Assembly: GCA_965214405.1 (NCBI GenBank)
Contig: OZ243956.1
Coordinates: 4,352,001 to 4,416,000 of the forward strand
Direction of reading: 5' to 3'
From: Trueperaceae bacterium
GTDB lineage: Bacteria > Deinococcota > Deinococci > Deinococcales > Trueperaceae
DNA length: 64,000 nucleotides
A program made the translations under genes and the position numbers. The notes under the pieces are model-generated. The model did no database searches and was not told where the DNA came from. It worked only from the letters and a program-made list of their open reading frames with translations. Within the stretch, counting starts at the first letter, position 1, and every line of letters begins with the position of its first letter. Below are positions 10,398-20,359 of the stretch, in pieces.

Positions 10398-10685
10398 TTA
10401 AGAAAGGCTAATGCCCTTGCTCTTATCAAACGCCAGATGCCCCGCGATATTTTTCGCGGCCTCTTTGGGTTCCGGATAAGACCACGCGGCGTCCTCGAGG
10501 GTTTCGCCGTCAACGTCCAGGTGAAAATACTGCGCGTCGCCCTTCCAGGGGCAGGTGTACTGGGTGCTGCTCTCCTTGAAAAGCGACATATCGACGCTCT
10601 CTCTGGGGAAGTAGTGGTTGCCCTCGACCTGCTCGGTCTCGCTACTCTCGGCAAGCGTGGTGGAATCGAAGATTGCTTTCGGCAT
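10398..10685 (-). CDS. DUF427 (NTP_transf_9) protein
   Basis: VEGNHYFP, CPWKG and AAWSYPEP motifs. Confidence 0.9.
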   Translation of the reverse strand: MPKAIFDSTTLAESSETEQVEGNHYFPRESVDMSLFKESSTQYTCPWKGDAQYFHLDVDGETLEDAAWSYPEPKEAAKNIAGHLAFDKSKGISLS

Positions 10686-10874
10686 GTTGAACCTCCTCTA
10701 CCCACTTTAAGAAGAACGGCGTGCCGACATCTCATTTCGTCCTACAGACCCGTCTTCAAAATCTGGAAGTCGCGCTTACCGTTGATGCTGAACGTGCGGG
10801 CGCGCGGAGGCTGGCTCGAGCCCAACAACGCGTGAAAAAACCCTCTTTGACGCGCGTTGCTATATACTCCTCTC

Positions 10875-11642
10875 ATGGCTGAAGTTTGGGCACAACTCGC
10901 CGCTCCCTTTCCCCGCGACGCGCTGACGTGGCGGGTGGTCGAGCTTTCGGAGGACGGTCTCAGGGCGCGCGTGGAACCTCATGTGCGCGCTCCCGCTCTC
11001 GTGGCGCGGCTCGATGAAGTTCTGACCATGTCCGGCTGGTCCAACACTTACGCGCCCGTGGGCGTACACGCGCTCCTCTGCACCCTTACCATTATGGACG
11101 TGACCAAGTCGGTAGTCGTCGCGCTGCCTGCGGGGTCTGAGGGGGCGGCTCGAGGGGAGAGCGCAGGGACGCGCGCCGACGACGCCCTGGCGCGCGCCGC
11201 CGAACGTTTCGGGATGCGCCCGCCCGTGAGCGCCGAGGCGAGCTACTGGGTTGATTATGACCCCGAGGCGGGTGAGCCTCTTTACGAACCGGAGGCCGTT
11301 GGGGCGTCTCTGTCAGACGTCCAGCCAAGCTCTCAGCCGGACGCTCTGCCGGACTCACAACCGGACTTCCCCCAAACCTCACAGCCAGCGCGTCCGGCAC
11401 AAGTTCCAGTGCAACCGGCGCAAGAAAAGGTACAGGCTCCTCAACCGCCCGCCCCGCCTGCCAAATCGGCGGGCCAGCAGGCCATCGACCGGCTTGTCGA
11501 CAGGCTCAAGGAGGAGGGGCGGGGGCTCGAGGCTGCCAAACTCCTCACCGCCTATAAGGGTTACGGCGGGGATCCGGGGGAGGCCAGGGAGCTCTACGCT
11601 AAACTGAGGGCTTTACTGTTGGGGGACGGCGCACCCTCCTGA
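10875..11642 (+). CDS. Rad52/Rad22-family (DdrA-related) ssDNA annealing protein with Pro/Gln-rich linker
   Basis: LAAPFP..W..V, RLDEVL..GWS..Y and DDALARAAERFG motifs; leaderless TATACT-N6-ATG. Confidence 0.7.
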   Translation: MAEVWAQLAAPFPRDALTWRVVELSEDGLRARVEPHVRAPALVARLDEVLTMSGWSNTYAPVGVHALLCTLTIMDVTKSVVVALPAGSEGAARGESAGTRADDALARAAERFGMRPPVSAEASYWVDYDPEAGEPLYEPEAVGASLSDVQPSSQPDALPDSQPDFPQTSQPARPAQVPVQPAQEKVQAPQPPAPPAKSAGQQAIDRLVDRLKEEGRGLEAAKLLTAYKGYGGDPGEARELYAKLRALLLGDGAPS

Positions 11643-11741
11643 AAAATTTCATGTCATGAGTCGGGTTGCGAGTTAGCTTTCATACCCCTTCAAGGTTCTC
11701 CATCCTGCAAAATGTGGTGTGAGTGCGATGAGGGAACCCGG

Positions 11742-12491
11742 ATGATCAAAGTAATAGCCGTAGGCGACGTGCATGGACAGTGGGCCGACCTGTGGCGCGC
11801 GTTACGAGAAGCGCTCGCCGCCGACAGCATGTGCGAACCCACCGCGCAGGTTTTGGATGGCCGCTTTCAGGTAGTGGTGATGGGCGACCTCGTTCACTAC
11901 AAAGACTTTGAAACCTACGCGCACGCGGTCGGCGAAGAATACTACGACCCCAAAAATCCCGACCAGCTCAAGCGCGCCGCCAAAGCGCAGATCCGCGAGC
12001 TCTACCGCTTCAAGCGCTACGTAGACAAAGCGCAGGGAAACGTCACCGTAATTTTGGGCAACCACGACGAGGCGGCGAGCCGGTGTACCTACAACTTGAG
12101 CACCAGGGGCGGCCTTAGCCACAACGAGTTTGATGAGGCGAGGGGCGGCTTAGCGCTGCCTCAAGACCTGGCCGAATGGCTCCAAAGCTTTGTCCGCGAG
12201 CGTAACCTTTACGGCGTTCAGTTCGCCCACGCAGGGCCGCTACCGGGAATGCAGTATTTCGACGACTTTTTCTATCACGACGGCGACACCAAAAAGTGGT
12301 GGCGGCAAAAGCCCGAACTCGCCCGGCAGTCGGGCCACCGCTTCGGCGTGTACGGTCACACGGTGATGGAAGAGGGCATCGTGGTTAACAAAGAGCACTG
12401 TTTTGCGATGATTGACGCCCTGTCGCACCGTCAGTATTTCGAGATGTTTTTGGATGAAGACCGGCTCGACTACAGAGTGATGCAGTTTTAG
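11742..12491 (+). CDS. Calcineurin-like metallophosphoesterase
   Basis: GDVHG, GDLV, GNHD, HAG and GHT motifs. Confidence 0.88.
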   Translation: MIKVIAVGDVHGQWADLWRALREALAADSMCEPTAQVLDGRFQVVVMGDLVHYKDFETYAHAVGEEYYDPKNPDQLKRAAKAQIRELYRFKRYVDKAQGNVTVILGNHDEAASRCTYNLSTRGGLSHNEFDEARGGLALPQDLAEWLQSFVRERNLYGVQFAHAGPLPGMQYFDDFFYHDGDTKKWWRQKPELARQSGHRFGVYGHTVMEEGIVVNKEHCFAMIDALSHRQYFEMFLDEDRLDYRVMQF

Positions 12492-12611
12492 GACTTCGCT
12501 GCTCAAGTACGTGCTCGAGCCATGAATCCCAAGCACCGATGGCTTATCCTCTGCGTTTTACCTTCTTGCTACGACAGCCAGTCCAGCAGGAGACAAAATC
12601 TCGTGAAGGGG

Positions 12612-13208
12612 CTACTCAAGCTTATTGACCACCGTCACTGGGTCTTCTAAGCCCGTACTCTGCGCGGCAGGTCCCGACACCTGGGTGGAAAAGCGCCGCA
12701 GCATCCACAACTCGGGGATGACTTCGGACACCAGTTCGCCGTTGTCGAACACGCGCACCAGCGAACTTTCGGAGACGACCACGGCGACGGCCTCGGTCAT
12801 CCGGGTAATCGAGGCCGCGGCCATGTGGCGGCTGCCTAGACCGAGCGGGAGGTCGACGCCCTCGGCGGTGGCGCTAAGGTAGCGGCAGGCGGAAATGGCG
12901 GTGCCGCTTCCCGAAATCACAAACGCGCCGTCAAGTTGGGCCAACTCTTTGAGCGTTTCGCGCAGGTTGGGGTCCTCGATGTTTTTGAGCGCGTCCGGGT
13001 GACCCGCCAGCGGGTCTAGAATGAGGCTGCGGGAGCGCCTCAACACTTCATGGCTGTCTGCGACGGTAAAAATCGTGCCGATTTTGCGCCCTTCACGGCC
13101 CTCTCGAGCGATTTCGATGGCGAGTAGGACGACGGACTCGAGCACCTGAGGGTTCACCTCGCGCTTGGTCAAGAACTCCTTGTCGAACAGGCCTGATTTA
13201 GAAAACAT
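12612..13208 (-). CDS. Stand-alone diadenylate cyclase (DAC/DisA_N) domain protein
   Basis: AREGREGRKIG, ELAQLDGAF, GLGSRHMAA and VVVSES motifs. Confidence 0.85.
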   Translation of the reverse strand: MFSKSGLFDKEFLTKREVNPQVLESVVLLAIEIAREGREGRKIGTIFTVADSHEVLRRSRSLILDPLAGHPDALKNIEDPNLRETLKELAQLDGAFVISGSGTAISACRYLSATAEGVDLPLGLGSRHMAAASITRMTEAVAVVVSESSLVRVFDNGELVSEVIPELWMLRRFSTQVSGPAAQSTGLEDPVTVVNKLE

Positions 13209-13367
13209 CGTGATGCGTCCTCATATCTCTACAAACTAACTCACGTTCTGCAAACATCCGTGTTGGCTGGAAGCGAGATAGGGAGCGGGGAGATGGGATG
13301 TTGGGGCGCAGTTAAAGCTCATCCTCCCCACGACCCACCTCCCAATCCCCACAGCGACTTTCACCCC

Positions 13368-14111
13368 CTAAAGCGAATATCCCCCGTTTTCATCATCGCG
13401 CACGAGCTGACCGTTGCGCAAGACGAGGGTGCGGCGGCGCATGGTGTCGACGAGTTCGCGCGAGTGGGTTGCGACCACGACGGTCGTGCCCTTGATGTTG
13501 ACGTCGTTGAGCACGCCCAGAATCTCCCGGCTCGTTTCGGGGTCAAGGTTGCCCGTCGGCTCGTCGCACAGCAGAAGCGCGGGGTTGGTGACGAGCGCGC
13601 GAGCGATGGCGACGCGTTGCTGCTCGCCAAGCGAAAGCTCGATGGGATACGCTTTGCGCTTGTGCGCTAATCCTACGTGGCGCAGCGCCACGAGCGCGCG
13701 GTTTTCTAGGTCGCCCCGCTCACCCGTCGCCTTGAGCGCAAAGGTGAGGTTTTGCAGCGCGTCCAAGTTGATGAGCAAGCGGTGGTTTTGAAACACCATC
13801 CCCATCCGGCGCCGCAGCAGAGGCAGCTTACGGGTGCGCAGGTCGCGCAAGTCCTGACCCAAAATGAACACGCTCCCCTCGGTGGGGGTGATGCGCCGCA
13901 GCACGAGCGACAACAGCGTCGACTTGCCCGCGCCCGAGTGGCCGGTAATGTAGACGAACTCGCCCTTGCGGATTTTGAAGTCCACGTTTTTTAGCGCGTG
14001 CGTGTGGGTGCGCGGATAGGTTTTGGTCACGTTCTGAAAGTGGATGAGGGGGTCCTCTTGTTTCGCGGGACGCCTCACGGCGTAGGCGGTGTTTCTCTGA
14101 ACGTCTGTCAC
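13368..14111 (-). CDS. ftsE: Cell-division ATP-binding protein FtsE
   Basis: [32 protein letters not shown] and DEPTGNLDP motifs. Confidence 0.88.
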   Translation of the reverse strand: MTDVQRNTAYAVRRPAKQEDPLIHFQNVTKTYPRTHTHALKNVDFKIRKGEFVYITGHSGAGKSTLLSLVLRRITPTEGSVFILGQDLRDLRTRKLPLLRRRMGMVFQNHRLLINLDALQNLTFALKATGERGDLENRALVALRHVGLAHKRKAYPIELSLGEQQRVAIARALVTNPALLLCDEPTGNLDPETSREILGVLNDVNIKGTTVVVATHSRELVDTMRRRTLVLRNGQLVRDDENGGYSL

Positions 14112-14132
14112 GGAAGTCTCCTCACGCTCATG

Positions 14133-15065
14133 CTACCGCGCGCGGGCCGAAAGCGCCTCGAAGAGAAGCTTGGACGCGCCCTCGGCGTCTATCTTGTAGG
14201 CGACTTTCACGTTACCGCCCGCGCTTTCCTTGACGCCGCGCTCGTCGACCACCGTCATGCCGCGCGTGTGCGCGCCCGCGCATTCGACCGCCACGTGACG
14301 CACGCCGAACTCGAGCAGCTCGGGGTGCGAGAGCGCCAGCACCGCGCAGGGGTCGTGCAGCGGACCTTCCGCGCGACCCGAAAACTTTTTACCGTAGGCC
14401 TGACCGTAATAGGTGAGCATGTCTGCGACAAACGTCGCCGCGTCGCCTCCTACCTCGCGGATGCGCCCGACTGTTTCCTCATCAATCAGCCACTGGTGCG
14501 TCACGTTGAGGCCGCACATGATGAGCGGCGCGCCGCTCCGAAACACGATGTCCGCCGCCTCGGGGTCGGCCCAGATGTTGAACTCGGCGACCGGCGTGAC
14601 GTTGCCAAACCCCGCGCTCCCGCCCATGATCGACACGCCGCCCAGCTTGCTCGCCAAATCGGGCGCGGTGCGTAGCGCCAAGGCGACGTTGGTCAAGGGA
14701 CCCACCGCGACGAGCCACACGTCATCTTGCGCGCGAACCGTGTCGATGATAAAGCGCACCGCGTCCTCTCCGGCGGCCTGACGCGTTAGGTCCGGCAACT
14801 CCGGCCCGCCCAGCCCCGTCTCGCCGTGGATGAACGCGGCGTGCTGCGCCTCGGCGACGAGCGGGCGGTCTGCGCCCGCGTAGACGGGCACGTCGAGCCC
14901 GTAAATCTGCGCGCTGATAAGCGCGTTGTGGGTGGTGAGGTGCAGGGGCGCGTTGCCGCTCACGGTGGTGACGCCCAGGAGGTCGCAGGTGTGGGCGGCC
15001 AAAAGGAGCGCCACGGCGTCGTCGTGGCCGGGGTCGCAGTCGAGGATGATGCGGGGGGTTGGCAT
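14133..15065 (-). CDS. Inosine-uridine preferring nucleoside hydrolase
   Basis: DCDPGHDDA, AEFNIWADPEAA and LHDP motifs. Confidence 0.93.
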   Translation of the reverse strand: MPTPRIILDCDPGHDDAVALLLAAHTCDLLGVTTVSGNAPLHLTTHNALISAQIYGLDVPVYAGADRPLVAEAQHAAFIHGETGLGGPELPDLTRQAAGEDAVRFIIDTVRAQDDVWLVAVGPLTNVALALRTAPDLASKLGGVSIMGGSAGFGNVTPVAEFNIWADPEAADIVFRSGAPLIMCGLNVTHQWLIDEETVGRIREVGGDAATFVADMLTYYGQAYGKKFSGRAEGPLHDPCAVLALSHPELLEFGVRHVAVECAGAHTRGMTVVDERGVKESAGGNVKVAYKIDAEGASKLLFEALSARAR

Positions 15066-15195
15066 AGGGTTTTATACCTCAGAACGTGTTGGGGAGGAGG
15101 CGCAGGAAGGTCTTGTCTCCTCCCCTCGTTCCCCATCCGTTTTGGGTAGCAACCTTCAAAGGCTACCGTTGACCACGGAACCGCATCTCTTGCTA

Positions 15196-15219
15196 AACAA
15201 GGGGTTGCAACCCCTTGTT
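15196..15219. repeat. Perfect 24-bp palindrome AACAAGGGGTTGCAACCCCTTGTT (REP-like)
   Basis: Read directly from the sequence. Confidence 0.8.
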
Positions 15220-15313
15220 CGACTTAGGCGGAGGTCTCGAGTGAGCCGCTACTTTGTTTGCAAAGCTCGAGCCCCACCCTCCTCCGGACACCTAACGAAC
15301 GCTTGAAAGATAT

Positions 15314-15348
15314 AAAAAGGGCGCACCCTAAATTCGGTGCGCCTTTTT
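15314..15348. terminator. Bidirectional intrinsic terminator after gyrA
   Basis: AAAAAGGGCGCACC-TAAAATTC-GGTGCGCCTTTTT. Confidence 0.85.
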
Positions 15349-15364
15349 CACAAGACAAGCGGGG

Positions 15365-17836
15365 TTAATTGAGGGTGCTTATGTCGGCCCCCTCGAGCAC
15401 CTTGCCCAACTCCTCTTCGGGCAGCATAATCATGACCGACACCACCTTATCGCTCTCGCCCAGGCGCATGATGGTTACGCCCTGCGAGGAGCGCCCGTAA
15501 GAGGACACCTCCGAGACGCGGGTGCGGATGAGCACGCCGCCCTCGGACAGAACGAGCAGTTCCTCGATGCCCGTGACCTTGTCCAGGCTCACCAGGTTCC
15601 CCGTTTTCGAGGTGACCTTGAGCGTGATGACGCCCTGACCGCCGCGCCCCTGGAGCGGGTATTCGGTCAGCAGCGTGCGCTTGCCGTAGCCGCACTCGGT
15701 CACCGCCAAGAGTTCGGCGTCGTCTTTATGCGCCGCGTCGATAACCGACAAACTCACCAGCACGTCGTCCCTTTTGAGCTTGATGCCGCGCACGCCCTGG
15801 GTCGCGCGCCCGGTGTCGCGCACCTCGTCCTCGTGAAAGCGGATCGACTGACCCCCGCGCGTCGCCAAGACCACGTCCGCGTCGCCGCCGCTCACGCTCA
15901 CCGAGACGAGTTCGTCACCCTCGACTAAATTGAGCGCGATAAGCCCCGACGCGTTGATGTTGCCGTATTCGCGAATGGCAGTCTTTTTGACGATGCCCTG
16001 CCGCGTCGCAAAGACGAACGAACCCTCGGCGTCAAAGTCTTTAATGGACAAGACCGTCTCGACTTGCTCCTCGCCCTCCAAGGGCAAGATGTTACGCAAG
16101 TGGTTACCCCGCGCCGCGCGGTCGGCCTCGGGCAGGTCGTAGATTTTCTCGCGGTAGACGCGGCCCTGGTCAGTGAAAAAGAGCAGGTAATCGTGCGTGT
16201 TGCCCACAATCAACAGCTTGTTGATGTCGTCCTCTTTTTGCTTTTGCGCGCTCACGCCGCGCCCGCCCCGCGCCTGCGCCCGGTAGGCCGTCAGCGGCGT
16301 GCGCTTGATGTAACCGCCGCGCGTAAGCGTCACGACCATGTTCTCTTCGGCGATGAGGTCTTCTTTGGAGATGTCGCCCTCTAAATCGCTAATTGCGGTG
16401 CGGCGCTCGTCGCCAAAGTTCTTTTTGATCTCTTTGAGTTCGCCCTTGATGACGCGCCAAAGCTGCGCCTCGTCGCCCAGAATGGCCTCCAAGCGGCCAA
16501 TCTCCTCTTGCAACTCGCGGTATTCGGTCTGGAGCTTGCCGCGCTCGAGCCCCGTCAAGCGCTGGAGCCGCATGTCGAGCACCGCCTGTGCCTGCGCCTC
16601 GGAAAGCTCGAACTGCGTCATGAGCCCGTCGCGCGCGGTCGGCCCGTCTTCGGACGCGCGGATAAGCGCGATAACCTCGTCCATGTGGTCTAGCGCGATG
16701 AGGTAACCCTCTAAGATATGCGCCCGCTCTCGAGCCTTGCGCAGCTCAAAGGCGGTGCGCCGTCGCACCACGTCGGCGCGGTGGTCTAGGAAGAGCCGCA
16801 AGGATTCTTTGAGCGACAAGAGCTGCGGCGAACGACCCACGATGGCTAAGTTGTTGACGCTAAAGGTGCTCTGCAACTGCGTGTATTTGTAAAGCTGATT
16901 CAAGACCAGCTCGGGGTGTGCCCCGCGCTTGAGTTCGAAGACGATGCGCATCCCCGAGCGGTCCGACTCGTCGCGGATGTTCGAGATGTCCTCGATTTTT
17001 TTGTTGCGCACTAAACTCGCGGCGGTCTGGATGAGCGAGGTTTTGTTGACCTGATAGGGGATTTCGGTCACCACGAGCGACTGGCGGTTGTTGCGCTCTT
17101 CGGTGCGGACCCGGCCCCGCAGGCGGATACCGCCGCGCCCCGTCTCAAAGGCGTCGCGGACGCCGTCGGAACTCATCACCCCGCCCGTCGGGAAGTCGGG
17201 GCCCTTGATAAAGGTCATGAGCTTGTCCAGCGTGATGTCGGGCTCGTCGATCATCGCGGTGAGGCCGTCGACGATTTCGCTTAAGTTATGCGGCGCGATG
17301 TTCGTCGCCATGCCCACGGCGATACCCGACGCGCCGTTGACGAGCATGTTGGGCACCGCCGAGGGCAGCACCTCGGGCTCCTGGCCCGCGCCGTCAAAGT
17401 TTTCTCTAAAGGTGACCGTCTCTTTGTCGATGTCGGTCAGCACCGCCTCGGCAATCGCGGTCATGCGCGCTTCGGTGTAGCGCATCGCGGCGGGCGGGTC
17501 GCCGTCAATTGAGCCAAAGTTACCCTGGCCGTCCACCATCGGATAGCGCAGGTTCCAGTTCTGCACCATCCGCGAAATCGCGTCGTAAATCGCCTGGTCG
17601 CCGTGCGGGTGATACTTGCCCATCGTCTCGCCCACGACTTTTGCGGACTTGACGTGTTTACGGTTGGACAAGAGCCCCATCTCGTTCATCGCGTAGAGGA
17701 TGCGCCGCTGCACGGGTTTAAGCCCGTCGCGCACGTCAGGCAGCGCGCGGTCAACAATGACCGACATCGCGTAGTTGATAAAACTCGTTTTGATTTCGTC
17801 CGTGATGGTAATCGGAACGACGTTGCCCTCGTTCAA
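15365..17836 (-). CDS. gyrA: DNA gyrase subunit A
   Basis: [26 protein letters not shown] and GyrA-box QARGGRG. Confidence 0.98.
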   Translation of the reverse strand: MNEGNVVPITITDEIKTSFINYAMSVIVDRALPDVRDGLKPVQRRILYAMNEMGLLSNRKHVKSAKVVGETMGKYHPHGDQAIYDAISRMVQNWNLRYPMVDGQGNFGSIDGDPPAAMRYTEARMTAIAEAVLTDIDKETVTFRENFDGAGQEPEVLPSAVPNMLVNGASGIAVGMATNIAPHNLSEIVDGLTAMIDEPDITLDKLMTFIKGPDFPTGGVMSSDGVRDAFETGRGGIRLRGRVRTEERNNRQSLVVTEIPYQVNKTSLIQTAASLVRNKKIEDISNIRDESDRSGMRIVFELKRGAHPELVLNQLYKYTQLQSTFSVNNLAIVGRSPQLLSLKESLRLFLDHRADVVRRRTAFELRKARERAHILEGYLIALDHMDEVIALIRASEDGPTARDGLMTQFELSEAQAQAVLDMRLQRLTGLERGKLQTEYRELQEEIGRLEAILGDEAQLWRVIKGELKEIKKNFGDERRTAISDLEGDISKEDLIAEENMVVTLTRGGYIKRTPLTAYRAQARGGRGVSAQKQKEDDINKLLIVGNTHDYLLFFTDQGRVYREKIYDLPEADRAARGNHLRNILPLEGEEQVETVLSIKDFDAEGSFVFATRQGIVKKTAIREYGNINASGLIALNLVEGDELVSVSVSGGDADVVLATRGGQSIRFHEDEVRDTGRATQGVRGIKLKRDDVLVSLSVIDAAHKDDAELLAVTECGYGKRTLLTEYPLQGRGGQGVITLKVTSKTGNLVSLDKVTGIEELLVLSEGGVLIRTRVSEVSSYGRSSQGVTIMRLGESDKVVSVMIMLPEEELGKVLEGADISTLN

Positions 17837-18021
17837 AATAAACCTCCTGGGGTGAGTGCATTTTGCAAGGCCGGTAAGGGCGTAGAAACGCTCTCCAGAA
17901 CGTATAAGTTTAACATTTTTGGAGGTTTGGATACAATTCGCAAGCTACCGAAAATAGGGTTGAAAAGAGTCTGTGGGTGCTGGTTGAAGAAGCTCTGGCT
18001 AAGGAAAAGAATGGGGCTCGC

Positions 18022-18720
18022 TTACGGCTCGAGCCTCCCCCGCAACGCCTCCTTACGCGCCCGTCCCGCCCACTGGTGCGCCTGCCGCAAGGGTTCAGGA
18101 AGCTTGGTTGCGCCCGGCAGCGAACGGACGAACGTCAGCGCCTCCTCAAACCCCACCCGGTGACCCGGCGACAGATAGAGCGGGTTGACGCGGGTGCGGG
18201 AGCGGTAGACCCAGCCGATTTGCTCGCCCTTGGCCCTAAGTTCAACCGCCTCCCCCGCCTCCTCGGGAAGGGTGTTCGCCGCTTTGCCGTAGAGCAAACT
18301 TTTCGCTACGCCGATGCTCTGCACGTCCAGATGCACGCCCAGGTGCGCCGCGATGCCCAAGCCTCGAGGGTGCGCGACGCCCTGACCGTCAACCAGGAGC
18401 AAATCGGGTTTTTGAGAGAGTTCCGCCAAAGCCGCTAAATACGCGGGCGCTTCACGGAACGAGAGAAAACCGGGGATGTAGGGAAAAACTTCGTCTGGGT
18501 CCACGGCGGCTGCGCCCACTTCCAACACCCGCCCCTCAGCCAAGTCCCATAGCACCGCCGCAGCCACGATGGGGCCGTCCCGCACGTGCGAGGCGTCGAG
18601 CGCCGCTAACGTGCGGACGTTTTCAGTGTCGCCGGTAAGCACGACCTGTGCGGCCAATTCGCGCTGCAAGCGGCTCGCGGTCTCTAAATCCGGGGGTGTG
18701 GGAAAGGGGAGAGGCTTCAT
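18022..18720 (-). CDS. nfi: Endonuclease V
   Basis: FPYIPGFLSFRE, LVDGQGVAHPR and GVAKS motifs; start at ATG 18720. Confidence 0.95.
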   Translation of the reverse strand: MKPLPFPTPPDLETASRLQRELAAQVVLTGDTENVRTLAALDASHVRDGPIVAAAVLWDLAEGRVLEVGAAAVDPDEVFPYIPGFLSFREAPAYLAALAELSQKPDLLLVDGQGVAHPRGLGIAAHLGVHLDVQSIGVAKSLLYGKAANTLPEEAGEAVELRAKGEQIGWVYRSRTRVNPLYLSPGHRVGFEEALTFVRSLPGATKLPEPLRQAHQWAGRARKEALRGRLEP

Positions 18721-18728
18721 AAAAGGTT

Positions 18729-19418
18729 TCAAAAGCGGCGCTTTACGCGCTCCTTGGTCTGGTCCCACATCTTGTAAACAAACGCCTGCGCCGGATGCGT
18801 CCACTCGCCGCCTACTTCGCCCGCGTGGAGCGCCTCGAGCAGGTCGGCGGGACTTGTAACAGGCCGGACGGGCGTCTCTGACCAGGCGCTACCAAGGTCC
18901 TTGACCGTGTGCGCGTCCGAGCCGCCCGACATGGGCAGGCCGCGTTCGGTGGCCCAGGTGCGCGCCGCCTGGTTATAGCGCGGGCGCGAGATGCGGGCGT
19001 TAAAGACCTCGACAATATCAACATCATCCGCGACGCGCCTATGCGCCCCCGGCTGCAACCGGGCGCGTTTGAGGGGGTCAAAACCGTGAGGCAAGAGCAC
19101 CAGCCCACCTTGGGCCTTGATCTGCGCGACGGTCTCCTCGGGGCTGCCCCCCGGTTTGATGTGCTCCTCCAAAAAGAGGCCGATAATCTCGCCTTCGCTG
19201 GTCGTGATTTCTTCCCCGACGATGACGGTTAAGTCTAAGCCCTCCGCCTCAACCATCCTTTTAAGCGCCTGCGCGCCCCAAATCTGGTCGTGATCGGTAA
19301 TCGCCTGAACCTTGATGCCCCGCGCCCGGCAGCGCTCGGGAAACGCCTCTAGGGGCGTTAAACAGTCGTGCGAGGCGAGCGAGTGGCAGTGGAGGTCGAT
19401 GCGCATGGCGTCCGCCAT
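18729..19418 (-). CDS. PHP-domain phosphoesterase
   Basis: DLHCHS, ITDHD and GGSDAH motifs; start at ATG 19418. Confidence 0.88.
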   Translation of the reverse strand: MADAMRIDLHCHSLASHDCLTPLEAFPERCRARGIKVQAITDHDQIWGAQALKRMVEAEGLDLTVIVGEEITTSEGEIIGLFLEEHIKPGGSPEETVAQIKAQGGLVLLPHGFDPLKRARLQPGAHRRVADDVDIVEVFNARISRPRYNQAARTWATERGLPMSGGSDAHTVKDLGSAWSETPVRPVTSPADLLEALHAGEVGGEWTHPAQAFVYKMWDQTKERVKRRF

Positions 19419-20359
19419 TAAGCCTCCTTGTGAGGCAGCCAGAACTCGAGCGCCCCCGCCAGAATCTCGACCGTGATGAGCCCGTCTCGAGCGTCTTTCA
19501 CAACAGGCCGCGCGCCGATGGCGGGGTCTCGGTCTCGCGGCCTCTCGCTCCGCTGGGGCCGCACCTCGGCGTCGATGTGGACGGGCTCGCCACGCCAATG
19601 TATCGTCAATCTTTTGGCCCTCGAGGTCTGAACGTTGGGCAACTCGCCCACGTTGTCGGTCAAAAGGCTGCCGACGTAGCCCAGAAACCCCACCCTGTCG
19701 TCTTCACTGAGCCGCACCACGTCAAAAAAGCCGTCGCGCGGGCTCGCGTCGGAGGCGACGCGCAGACGCGGCCCCATCGTGGGGGTGTTGAGCACTTCGA
19801 ACAGCAGGTAATCCCCCGACACGTCCGCGCCGTCGAGGGTCGCCTCGAGCGGGAAAGGCTCATAATCGTTGAGCGTTTGGGCGAGCGCGCGCACCGCCCG
19901 CGGGACGCTCTTGCCCTCGTTGGGATCGTAAGCGGCGAGCACGTCTGCATAAATACCAAAGCCCATCGACTCGAAAAAGTAGTCCTCGCCCCAGGGCGCG
20001 CTCACGAAACCGACGTCTAGGGGGCAGCGCCTCGCGTGGGCCAAACCGTTAAGAAGCTCGAGCGGCTTGCCCTCGACGCCTAAGCTGCGGCAGATGTTGT
20101 TGGCTGTCCCCATCGGCAGCGCGGCGAGGGGCGCGTCTTTGCCGATGAGCCGACTCGCCACCGCGCGAAAAGTGCCGTCACCCCCCGCGGCGATCACCAG
20201 ACCCTCGACGTTTTCCAAGATAAGGTCTAACTCCTCCTCGCTGCTCGTCGCTTCGCAGACGGGTTCAAAACCCGCCTCGTGAAGCGCCTTCGCAAACGCG
20301 CCTACCCTGTTTCCGTTCACGCCTCCGGCGTTCCCGTTGTAAATGAGCGTGGCGCGCAT
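19418..20359 (-). CDS. Diacylglycerol/lipid kinase family (YegS/DagK-like)
   Basis: AAGGDGT and LPMGTANN motifs. Confidence 0.9.
   Translation of the reverse strand: MRATLIYNGNAGGVNGNRVGAFAKALHEAGFEPVCEATSSEEELDLILENVEGLVIAAGGDGTFRAVASRLIGKDAPLAALPMGTANNICRSLGVEGKPLELLNGLAHARRCPLDVGFVSAPWGEDYFFESMGFGIYADVLAAYDPNEGKSVPRAVRALAQTLNDYEPFPLEATLDGADVSGDYLLFEVLNTPTMGPRLRVASDASPRDGFFDVVRLSEDDRVGFLGYVGSLLTDNVGELPNVQTSRAKRLTIHWRGEPVHIDAEVRPQRSERPRDRDPAIGARPVVKDARDGLITVEILAGALEFWLPHKEA

Noticed and set aside
17881..17910. Possible RDRM (DdrO box) upstream of gyrA
   Set aside because: Only one half-site (ACGTA) fits; the 17-bp palindrome spacing does not match.
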